64,000 nucleotides of DNA from Octopus vulgaris (taxonomy: Eukaryota). The stretch is from the NCBI GenBank assembly GCA_951406725.2, contig OX597816.1, positions 109,988,001 to 110,052,000 on the forward strand. The letters run 5' to 3'. Below, piece by piece: positions 13,417 through 24,723 of the stretch. Under the pieces are notes generated by a model. That model was not told the DNA's origin. It was given only the letters and a program-made list of their open reading frames with translations, and made no database searches. The position numbers and the translations under genes were made by a program. Positions within the stretch are counted from its first letter, which is position 1. The number at the start of each line of letters is the position of its first letter.

Positions 13417-13625
13417 TTATGCAACACCATGTCTTGTAACACAATAATTGCTTTGTATTTCTCTTATCCTGTATGCCACTGATTTTACATGATGAATGAA
13501 ATTGGCCTTTCGTGGACTTGCGGTAACCCAATATACACTACCCTTTACTTCCACGTCATCTCTATATAATGATAATTTTGCAAGGTACCTGTTATGAATA
13601 AGACAGTGCATCGTGATCACAGAGG
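13417..13625 (-). mobile_element. Possible hAT (Charlie/Buster-like) transposase remnant
   Basis: ITMHCLIHNRYLAK resembles the hAT CxxH motif HCxIHRxALAAK. Confidence 0.35.
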
Positions 13626-16289
13626 GAAATTTATTATAATGATTAATGATTTCGAATTTAGATCTCTATCTTCCAAAGTGTAGTTCACAGTAATAGTGCT
13701 TTTGTAAAATATTTAATATATCTATGTGTGTTGGGAAATATACCCATAGTTGGCGCGGGGTGGAGTATTTATGCTTATATTGGCAATGTAATTATATAAT
13801 TATATAGAGAAATGAATCATATGACTTTGCTACACACACGTCTGTTGGATTTTTACTGGATATATCTTATTTATCATATCGTCGAAACCACTCACGAATG
13901 TAGTATTATAATTGGGTGACTCCGACAAATATATCTAGGTGGGAATATAAGATTATATACGATTAATTATAATAATATCTATTATGTGCTTAAGTGGAAT
14001 AATCAGCCGATTGGAAATATGTTGCTGCAAATAGTTTCTTCGTTTGGCTTGTAATATGGCGAGTGCATAATGCGTTTAAATATAGTTATAAATAAAAGAA
14101 TGTTAAGAACGATATGGCAATTAGTTCTAATCCTTGAGAAATATTTCTAAAAATATCGAAGAAGATGTTTTGATATATTTTTGTAACACGATTTTTATTG
14201 TACAACTGATCTCCAGCATTCGAATTATATTAATATCAGCGCCTTTTACTGTTGCACAATCCTTATTGAAATGGAAGTAGTTTTACTGGTGAAATGCTTT
14301 ATCTTGAAGTGCATGCACACACATGCACATACAGACACTGACGCTCACGCGCACACACTGATACATATACACACACATGCATATGCAGAGATGAAGATTA
14401 TATCTAGGATATTCACGTTCAATTTGCCACAATAACATTAATAATTTCTCATGTAGCACTCTGTGTAAGCTATATATTATAAATACAAATGTGTGAGTCT
14501 CTATGTTCGTGTATGTGCACGTGTATAATGTCTTTGTGCACACGCGTGTGTGCATGTGTGTGCATGTGCGCGCGCGTGAATGTGTCTACCGTAATACTGA
14601 AGCACTGCCAGTTTATCTACATGCATATCTCTCATCAAACATGCTACAAGATACCATTTAAGTCTTAACTTTTTAAGTAATCATGCTCAGTGAGTTATGG
14701 ATCTATCCTCAGTCAACTTAAACGTGTCCATTATTGAACATATTTCACAATGATCACTTGCCCATACAAAGTTAGTGGGGCGAACTTCACAAGATACTAA
14801 ACTCTGTTGTTCTATACATCTTTACATAACAACAGTCCTCGGGCTGGAGACATGTATGTGTGTGAATAAAAGATTTATCTTATTGCGCGCATCTCAAACT
14901 AACTTCATTCACGGTTTCTCCTCGCTTATAGAGCTTATATGTAACTAGTGAGCCGCACTTTATTTTTTTCCCCGAATTCAGTTTTCTATATCCATATATT
15001 TCTTAAATACATCACATACAAAAGCCAATCATTTAAAGTTATTGATTTCTTCGGAAAAACACTATTTTGTTTCATTATTTTGTGGTTATGGCTGAGAATT
15101 CAGCAATGTATTCTGTCATGATAGTAATAGTGGTGATAAAATATGCTGCTGAGGTATCCCTTTTATAATCTCGTTTTTCTTTGTATCATTATCATTTCGT
15201 TACACAAAGGTCATTCTTGAACGATATTCAAACAATAACTACTCTTTCCTTTAGTTGCAGTGTCTCTAGACACACATTAGCTAAATTATCTTACCACTGG
15301 AAGTTGTTAGGATAAAATGAGATACAAGTTGCTACTACCGGATCGAGTCACAAGAGGGAGGCTTCCTTGTAGGCTTATATATTTTTTTATTGCCGGTCAG
15401 TGTTGCTTTGGTAACAAAATTGTATTAATGACGTTACTTTCATTTTGTGGTCCTGTTTTTTTTTTTTTGATGGGTGTGGTGCGGGAAGTGTGATTCAATT
15501 GTGATGTTAGTGTTATATTTTATTGCATTTTGATGTGTTGTTTGGCAGCTGGCTGCGTAGGAGTGACAATTAGAAACATGATATACTGTTCAAATTTGTA
15601 TTTTTTAGATGATGATAAAGAATTTGCTGTTATTGGCTTTCTTGATATATAATAAGGGTAATTTGAGTTTGCAGAGGTGGTAACATTCGTGTATGTTGTT
15701 CTCGTTCACATGGCTGAATGGGTGTTGATTAAATTGCTAGGTGTACACCCAAACTAGGATGTCGTCGTTGTAGCGCTCTAGTCACACCTTTCTCAGCAAG
15801 CTCTATTCCTTGTAGATGTTGTTTTACTAATTTTGCCCTATTATCAAACATGATACAAATTTTAACATTCTGTGCAGAGGAAAAATCTTTTTGGTTTACA
15901 TTAGTGAAATCCGATGAGAGAAAAGCAAGATATCAAAAAATATATAAAACTGTATCCTATGCTAATTATGTTTTTCTTGATGAACAAAATGTTGCATTTT
16001 ATTTTGTAATTAATGGAGGGTGAAAGTACTACACAATACATCTCGTGTGAGTAATTATAAAGGAAGAAAGTTACTGCTGGAAACCCATCTAAAATGTGCG
16101 TGTCCTTTTTTTTGAAAATGAAGGAGGTGCTTGGTTTCAGTTAAGAATAGTGATTCTAAACGAATTTACATAGCAGCACAACAACCTATCAGGTTAGAGT
16201 ACAAACTACGTGACACCATCATCATCATCAGCAGCAGCAGCAGCAGCAACAGCTGCGGCGGTATGTCACACAGCTCTATATTAAGATAT

Positions 16290-16540
16290 GAGTAATTATG
16301 TTCATTATTTACATTTGAAGGATATTTGTCCTCATCTTGTTTGTAGTTAACACAACGTTTGGGCTGATATACCCTGCAGCGTTCATCAGTTGTCTTGGGG
16401 AAATTTCGAACCAGAACTCTCATTCCTAAGGTATTTTTCGATGTTATGATTATTATTCAGGTCACTGCCTGAAATCGATTTCGGAATCTTGGGGTTAGTA
16501 GCCCGCGCTCTTAATTACTATAAAAAATGCCCGTGGGCAA
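16290..16540 (-). mobile_element. PLE-associated terminal module: tRNA-like segment, HHR motif and tail
   Basis: tRNA-like stretch 16459-16533; CTGATGA-stem II-cAAAC GTT at 16349-16395; the tail GAGGACAAATATCC.TCAAATGTAAATAATG recurs at 63040-63080. Confidence 0.6.
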
Positions 16541-16619
16541 TTATGGAGTGAATTTTTACGGTTTATAAATCTAATATTTTACTATATATTCATCATCTGC
16601 ATTTATAATTTTACATGGA

Positions 16620-17200
16620 ATGTATGTAGAGTGAATCCAAGTCATATACCTTACAATAGGTTTGTTGTCGGTTTATGTGAGGAAGTGGTCCATGCTGGAG
16701 TATGTAATAGTGTTTCCTTGAATCGTTGGCTGGTGCGGTATCGTCGTTAAGTTTTCATCCAATATTTAATGTTTAATGTTTCAGAAGAGGTTTCTTTTAT
16801 ATTTCTCATTTCCTTAGGTAAACCGTAAAAAAAATTGTTTTTGCTCGTGAGTTCGAAAGTGTATTTCGAAGCTAACAATATCTGCCAATTTGTGCATAAA
16901 GTTCTCTCTAACACCGATGTTCTGGAACATTCTTCGCCCAGAATTTCCATGCATACATCATAGCACATCTCCTTCTTCATCATTCAAGAAAGTAGAAGCG
17001 CAGTGTTTTCAGGTGTTTCGAGCAACTAAGGCTTGTAAACGAAGGTATATTACTGGTAAATGGTTTTAGTAAACCTTCAGTTTCTGTTTTGTGACAGATG
17101 AATTTGAGACAAATCTGTAAACAGTAATCTAATTGATCAGCATAGAGTTTCCATACAAGAGCTAATTAGCGATAGCCTTGTAAGTAGGTTCGTAGAATCC
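16620..17200 (-). mobile_element. Degenerate Penelope-like thumb/linker remnant
   Basis: KPFTSNIPSF..SKHLK, MKKEMCYD and LCTNWQILL loosely match PLE RKPT..SxHP..RRICS..WxIL motifs. Confidence 0.4.
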
Positions 17201-17235
17201 AACCATAAGTCTGCGTTTAGAGGTCATATTCATTG

Positions 17236-17236
<1 letters not shown>

Positions 17237-17305
<69 letters not shown>

Positions 17306-17367
17306 GATCTAACTAACTATCTTTCTATCTAAATATATGTATGTATGAGTATATATATATAAATATG

Positions 17368-17445
<78 letters not shown>
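17237..17445. repeat. (CTAT)n followed by long (TA)n
   Basis: Visible runs. Confidence 0.95.
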
Positions 17446-17449
<4 letters not shown>

Positions 17450-17544
17450 AGAGGAATTTCGATTATCCCCACGTGTGGTCTGTAATGTATATAAGAAATT
17501 AAAAAAGGAAAATACGCACACTTAAATGGTTTTAATAATTTTTA

Positions 17545-17822
17545 ATATATCGATCGGTTTCGCTATCGCTATTCATGATATTATGTTTTATCTGTTTGAA
17601 TATATATTTTTGAATGTATGGGTTTGAATATATAACAGTTATCTCCCTTACACACAACAATCACAATAATAACAACCAATTACCTCCCTTTATTTGTCTA
17701 CTTGTGAAGTCATTCGTCGTGGATTTATTCACACAAATGGTCCAAATTTCTTCTTAAGAAAAATTATATATTCAAACAAATACAACATAATATCATGAAT
17801 AGCGAAACCGGTCGATATATTA
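17545..17822. mobile_element. Inverted-repeat element (PLE pseudo-LTR-like) with an HHR motif in each arm
   Basis: 17545-17610 is the reverse complement of 17762-17822; the centre has TATCTCCCTTACAC...TACCTCCC.TTAT, shared with the PLE 3'UTR at 47237-47280. Confidence 0.7.
17547..17581 (-). ncRNA. Hammerhead ribozyme-like motif, A3-U8 core variant
   Basis: atatc ATGAATA gc gata gc GAAAC CG ATC gatat; 5-bp stem I, G-C closed stem II. Confidence 0.55.
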
Positions 17823-17839
17823 TGTATAATATTTATGTG

Positions 17840-17895
<56 letters not shown>

Positions 17896-18040
17896 AAATA
17901 TACATATGAATGATAATGTATATATATATATATATAATTGAATTTTAATATTATTGGTGAATTGAAATTTTTGCTACCAAGGTATCGGTTAAACTTTTGA
18001 TTAATCTGCTACAAGATTATTCATCTTTCTATTTCACATA

Positions 18041-18087
<47 letters not shown>

Positions 18088-18114
18088 GTATACATATATA
18101 CATATATTTACATA

Positions 18115-18872
18115 CAACATCTCATCAATAAGTATCCGGACTGTTGTCATAGTAACGAAGCTAAAGCATGCAGAGCAAAGCTGCTTGGAACGGATGTGTG
18201 TAGAATGTGATCATCGCATTGACCACGACAATGAAAGTTGTCATGACGGTACTTGCTCAGAGTTCTATACAAATTTGCAGAAAGTGTATGGAGAAGAGTT
18301 TATAAGCTGCACACAAATGTACGAGGGATTCACATTTTTCCAATATGGCCGAATAAATGTCGATATTGATGAACTGAAAAAAACATCGCAGATGTGCCTG
18401 CAACTGTGGAAGGAAATGGTTGAATCACCATCCGTGAGTTATCAGATGTGCAGGCTAGTTACAGTTCGGTTCAGTCTATTATCACTGAAGAGATGGGTAT
18501 GATACGCGTTACTTCCAAGTTTGTGCCAAAATTGCTTTCAGCTAACCAAAGAGACACTCGGTTTTAGCTGCACAGAACGATGAAAACCTTTTGAAAATTT
18601 ACGTAGGCCACTGAACAGGTATCACCAAGCTTTTGACAAAATTTAATGCCAATTCTTTCTTCAACTACCTCTGTCATGGTCAATGCAACGATCACCCGCT
18701 AGACACCTTCCTTCCAAACACTGCTGTAAACAGCAGAAGTGAGGTAGAGCATTAAAACTTAGTGCGAACGCACAGTGAAGTTCAGGTTCAATTTGTGCCA
18801 AGCAAATTTAGTGTGCGTGCTTTTAGGACCGTTACTATGGCAACAGTCCGGATACTTACTGATCAGACTACG
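18115..18872 (+). mobile_element. Internally deleted mariner with TIRs and TA TSD
   Basis: TIR ATCA(A/G)TAAGTATCCGGACTGTTG(T/C)CATAGTAACG at both ends; flanking TA at 18113-14 and 18873-74; HTH remnant LQKVYGEEFISCTQMYEGF..FQYGR and KFVPKLLS. Confidence 0.85.
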
Positions 18873-20570
18873 TATGATTTCATTTATTACTTTTGATCTG
18901 TAATTTGGATACAGCACGTCTATCAAAATATGGGGACGATAATTATAAAAAGAAAACAAGAACCATCTACTATAACCAGTTTACGTGTAGATAACAGCCT
19001 AAACGAAGAATATAGACCATATAAATATTATTCTTAAATATATATGCATATGAAATATGAAAAGTTAATCGAAACATTTCACATTACTACAACATTTAAA
19101 TTTTTCAATTGCATTAGCAACATTAGCTTTCTTGTTATGCTTAAATGAAGCTATTTTAGCATACATATATTCCAGATTTCTTCGTAATTACCAAGATGCT
19201 AAATAATTATCACAAACTGAAAATGTCAGTCATTCGAAATACCCTCCTTTCTGATAGCACGCATTACATGTGGATGGAAATGGATACATATACTGTCAGA
19301 TGAATCACTGGCGGGAGATTTTTCAGCAAATATTAGCAAAATACTAATCAATTTTCTGTTAGTCTTGTTGGTTTGCACTGAAAATCAACACATTCTCAAA
19401 GAATGCTTGTAAATCCCCACATTTTAACTCAGGTAACTTACATAATGATGACACAAAGCGAACACTAATATTTGCATATTTCTATGCATATATATATTTA
19501 CACACACACACACACATATATATATGTATATATATACATATATATATATATGTGCGTGTGTGTGTATGTATGTGTATGTGTGTGTGTGTGTGTAAATATA
19601 TATATGCATAGAAACGCACACATATCATGGAGAAACGAGAAAATAAAACAGTAAATTCAAGGAAGTTCATCACTTACAAATACAATTGTCGAGAACTGCT
19701 GATGATTTATATTGATATGTCTTTGTTTGTGGTAGATGTATGAATTAAAGAACATATAAATCTTATCTCAAACAATCTGAACAAATTAGCCAGTAACAAA
19801 TGGGGTATTATAGATAAGATAATACCAGTAACAACAATATTTTTATAATAGTCTTTCCTCTGATTCTTATCTACTATTGTCTGGGTTTCTTTTTGCTATT
19901 CCTCTACATTTGCTTACTTTTTGTTAATGTTGTCATTAAATTCATAATAAGATGACTGCTATATCAGAGTAATCTAAATAGCTTTCTTAGCAATCAATAG
20001 TTTCGTGTTTTTTGCTCATATAACGTAAACAAAAGTTAGAGAAAAACTTTATGGTCAGCTTACTGAGCAGAGATATCAAATCATATTTATTAATCCTTTG
20101 TTTTAGTCGGATTAGAGGCAGTAATCCTGAAAATACAGAACTATGCAAGAGAATTCGGTTTTCCAGGGCAAATATATTGTTCTTAAAATTAGAAAATGTG
20201 TTTTCATTTGTGATATTTAAACACCATCCGTTGCTGAACCTGCTATTCTGAAATTCAGGGGTTTTGGCGAGTAAAGATCTGTCGCTTTGTCAACACCATT
20301 CCTAGGGACGCTCCACCCACTAGGCTTCTAGCAACTTCTAAGTTCCAGAAATTGTAGAAGTTGGTCCAGGAGACATAGCACGCATGAATGGGGAAAGTGT
20401 TGTTACCTAAACATGTTTTAAAAAGCAACAGAAAGTCCATGCTCTATATTTCTCGAGAAAAATCGAGAATCGTCAGATTCTGGATCTATGATCAATCTTT
20501 TCGGGCGTCTGGAAGCATAACGCATGCAAGAGAAAGAGAGTGTGTGTGAGAGAAATATAGAGAAAGAGGG

Positions 20571-20618
<48 letters not shown>
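20571..20618. repeat. (GA)n microsatellite
   Basis: Visible run. Confidence 0.95.
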
Positions 20619-20620
<2 letters not shown>

Positions 20621-21344
20621 TCTATCTTTTATCAACATAAACTATGGGAAGACTGATATGAGTGCATTAGAAATAATTTGCTGACTCTGGAATAGAAAAT
20701 TTGAAGCGTATATAGATGCGAAAAATCCTGTTAATGTTACGGGCAAAAACTTCTTAACCGCTTAGTATTATGCCTGGATAGCAACATTGAATGTATAAAA
20801 TTTGTCACAATCACAGTTGTGGTTGTTAGTAGCCACAATGAAGTGATGGCCATCATAATGATGACTTAACAGAAATAATAAATTGCAGAATGAAATTTAT
20901 TGTGTGCCACTACTATGTCGAATCTAATAGATGCTAATATAATTACAGCTTCTGCATGTGATAAAATACTTCACTGAAATATAGGAAATATGTTAGAAAA
21001 TTTAAGTGAGAATAAATCATCTCAAAATGCTTTTACTTTTACCAGAGCTGTACCAAAACGCTTTATTATTATTGCGTGAGAAAGCAATGTATGCCATCAA
21101 AGTGAAACTGGGATACAAATATACGAAGTCCAATCATGATAACCCGTCTGAGAAGGATACACCAAATACATGCATCACGACCATATGTGCGCGACACAGC
21201 GATGCCATATCAAGATCACCAGCACTTGACTTTGCAGGTGGAGGCTCATTTAGAATTTTTTTCTTCATATCGAGCAACTAATTCTTCTCAGAAGGTCCAT
21301 GTATAAGGTTTGTTTGAGGATGATGAATGAAACACCTATGTTTC

Positions 21345-21595
21345 CAGATGTGAATTATGTAAACCCCAAATAATTCCTCTCAACACCTGGCTATAATGCT
21401 CCCCCACTATTCCTACTCATGATCAGTGATGAGCATATCATCAGCATCTAAGGGACAGGCTCAACAGATTAAGGGTAAATTGAGCAGAATATTTGCTGTA
21501 GCAGCCCATGTTACCAGAGGTGAATTATTCAAACCCCAAAGAATCCCCGTCAACACATGGCCATGATGCTCCCCCACTACTTCTGCCCATGATCC
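21345..21595. repeat. Direct repeat, ~170-bp period (1.5 units)
   Basis: CCAGA.GTGAATTAT..AAACCCCAAA.AAT.CC..TCAACAC.TGGC.AT.ATGCTCCCCCACTA at ~21345 and ~21514. Confidence 0.75.
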
Positions 21596-21960
21596 TGTAC
21601 CATTGGAAAGTCAACACAATTTAGATTAAATAAAGAAACATACTTCATTGAAAAATATAAGCCAAAACCTAACCATTTCTAACATTTTTAAATAAGGAAA
21701 CTCACCTCATTGAAAAAAACATATAAACGAAATACTAACCACTTGTAACATTCTATTACTTCTAAACCAAATCATGTCAAATTAATAAAACCTAGTCATT
21801 CCCAACATTTTTATTATCTCCATTATACCGGAAAAATATCTGATTATCTTACCCTGTCTGGAACTCCATATTTCACAACATGGCAAAGACATGACACAAT
21901 ATAGGTAAAGGAATTTGAGAAATTTTAAAAGAAAATACGAAACCGGTTATTTCTCCCAAA
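21596..21960 (+). mobile_element. PLE GIY-YIG C-terminus and 3'UTR
   Basis: STQFRLNKETYFIEKYKPKPNH is nearly identical to the C-terminus of the PLE at 47085-47975. Confidence 0.75.
21910..21953 (+). ncRNA. Hammerhead ribozyme-like motif, U3-A8 core variant
   Basis: ggaat TTGAGAA atttt aaaag aaaat ac GAAAC CG GTT atttc, at the end of a PLE 3'UTR. Confidence 0.5.
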
Positions 21961-21971
21961 ACAATATTACT

Positions 21972-22173
21972 ATCTTTCTTTTATCTTTTATCTTTTACTT
22001 GTTTCAGTCATTTGACTGCGGCCATGCTGGAGCACCGCCTTTAGTCGAGCAAATCGACTCCGGGACTTATTCTTTGTAAGCCCAGTACTTATTCTATCGG
22101 TCACTTTTGCCGAACCGCTAAGTGACGGGGACGAAAACACACCAGCATCGGTTGTCAAGCAATGCTAGGGGGA

Positions 22174-22249
<76 letters not shown>

Positions 22250-22298
22250 TACATATATACAGACTTCTTTCAGTTTCCGTCTACCAAATTCACTCACA
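21972..22298 (-). mobile_element. SINE family B (tRNA-derived, internal microsatellite), head missing
   Basis: High identity to 59325-59729 (TTTCAGTCATTTGACTGCGGCCATGCTGGAGCACCGCC...). Confidence 0.9.
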
Positions 22299-22783
22299 CG
22301 CAAAATTTTATAATATTTTTCTAACATAACGATTTAGATATATTTTAACCATATAACACAAGCCTTCTGTATACACTTTCACTCTATTTTGTCTTTTATA
22401 TATCCAACTACGTGCCTTCACATACCAACTCTATCACCTATATGTGTATGTGTGTGTGCGCGTGTGTTTGTGTACGTGTGCGCACGTGTTGCGGTGTGTG
22501 TGTACACACGTACACATATACTGTAACGGAATTTCATGTTATCAATACTGTTACCTTGATTTAAACTGTCTCTTCAACATTCATCTATTCCTTTGCGCAC
22601 TTACTGTTTAAAAAGCCTTAATTAAAATTCCCCAGTTAACTCTTATGATATTTTAAATTTTTATCTATTCGTCTCCAGTTACCAGTCCGAATTATATTTT
22701 TGTTTTACCCTTGATTTTAAATGTAATTTTAATTCAAATGATTAAACCTACTGGAGTTAAATTTTTTATGTCACATGTTAGTG

Positions 22784-23123
22784 CAGTGGTTCCCAACCTG
22801 GATTCCGTGGCCCTCTGGTTGTTCCCAAATGTAGTACTGAGAGTCAGTGAACCTAATTCAAAATTTCATACGTATATATGTGTATTATGTATCTGTTTTA
22901 CTGTGTTACTTGTTTCAGTCATTTGACTGTGGCCATGCTAGAGCACCACCTGTAGTCAAGCAAATTGATCCCAGGAATTATTCTTTGTAAGTGTAGTACT
23001 TATTCTATCGGTGTCTTTTGCCGAACCGTTAAGTTACGGGGACGTAACCACACCAGCATCGGTTGTCAAGCTATGTTGGGGGGACAAACACAGACACATA
23101 AACATATACACACACATACATAC

Positions 23124-23193
<70 letters not shown>

Positions 23194-23510
23194 GGCGGGT
23201 TTATTTCAGTTTCCGTCTACCAAATCCACTCTCAAGGGCTTTGGTCGGCCCGAGGCTATAGTAGAAGACACTTGCCCAAGGTGCTACTCAGTGGGACTGA
23301 ACCCGGAACCATGTGGTTGGTAAGCAAGCTACTTAACACACAGCCACTCCTACGCGTATATATATATATATAATATTCACACATATATTCTATATATATA
23401 TTCACACACATAAGGATAAGGATATTAAAAGAGTTCCGTGGAAAACTCATTTAAATAAAAGGATCCAGAACCGCTGTTGGGAACCACTATGAAAAGATTG
23501 GGAACCACTT
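22784..23510. mobile_element. hAT-type MITE interrupted by a SINE
   Basis: CAGTGGTTCCCAAC at 22784; reverse-complement TTGGGAACCACT at ~23477 and ~23498; no clear TSD. Confidence 0.55.
22905..23357 (-). mobile_element. SINE family B, full length
   Basis: tRNA-like head (TGGCTGTGT..AAG; GGTTCAGTCCC), internal (TA)n, conserved tail. Confidence 0.9.
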
Positions 23511-24723
23511 AGCAGGCACAGAAGCCTTTGAAGAAATGTCTAAAATAAATAGATAATTGAACAAGGAGATAGTTCTAGTTCATATTTCTTCTTTTTGACT
23601 GTAGTGTATGTTGTTACTTTTACTTCCACATTTTAAACAGTGACATATAATTATATAGAACGTATTCGTGCACGAATTTCATTCTGGTTGATATTCTGCA
23701 AAAAGATGGCTTCATTCAGATAAGTGTCAAAACGGCTTTCTACTCTGATGTAAATTCGACTTTGCAAAGATCATACGTAAACCCAATACTGAATAAATTT
23801 CTCGCTACGTTAAAGGTTGCAAAATGCGAAAAAATATAATTAAATATTATATGCCTCACTTTTCATATATCTAAATACAGCGAAAAAACATTGACACAAC
23901 GATAATATTGATCATAGCACATTTAATATTTTTAAAACTAATTTTTGAAAAATATTTGCAAACATCTTGCTTCGCATAACTCTAGCATAGGCGGGGCAAA
24001 TGACCTCTACAATCAGAGCAGGTTGTAACGTTTCGCAACTCCTTTGATAATTTTCGAAGACAAACATCTTTAAGAATATGAACGAATTCTAAATTAGGCC
24101 TCAATCCTTTATTTCAAAACATTAAATAGCACTCATACCTAATTTCAAATTTGAAATCACGGTGATAATCATAAAGTATAAAATTGTGTATCTAGTCTGG
24201 TTCAGAATAATTATATTCTTAAAACTTGAGCCTTTGATACTCAGTTTTCTATCATATGAAAACATATATTCACTTGTATATCCTCATAACAGAGAAAAGT
24301 ATCACCAGAAATCTTGAAGATGTACATAATAAGATAAATATTGCACAATCAAGAAGCCAATACAAATGGTGTTTTTCGTGCTGTGTTGAGTTGTAAGAGA
24401 TGATTTGCCTTTTACTTGCTGCTCAAAATGTTATCTTCCATCCTGCCCCATACATCTGGAAGTCATGTTAAACTATAGTCACAGATCATAGAATTAATAG
24501 ATTGAAACATAATATGTTTTGGCCTAGGATACGATAAATTGAAGTAATGTTGATGCAATGTAAACTGCAAGTGGTTTAATGAATAGGAGAGACAAAAACT
24601 GAAATTGCACAGTTATTAATCACGACGAAATCATTTAATTTCGAACATTTCATAAATATTTATTGTTCTCCCTATGCATACTAAAGCCAATTGAGGAGGA
24701 CTATAATTACTGTAATTTTCTAT

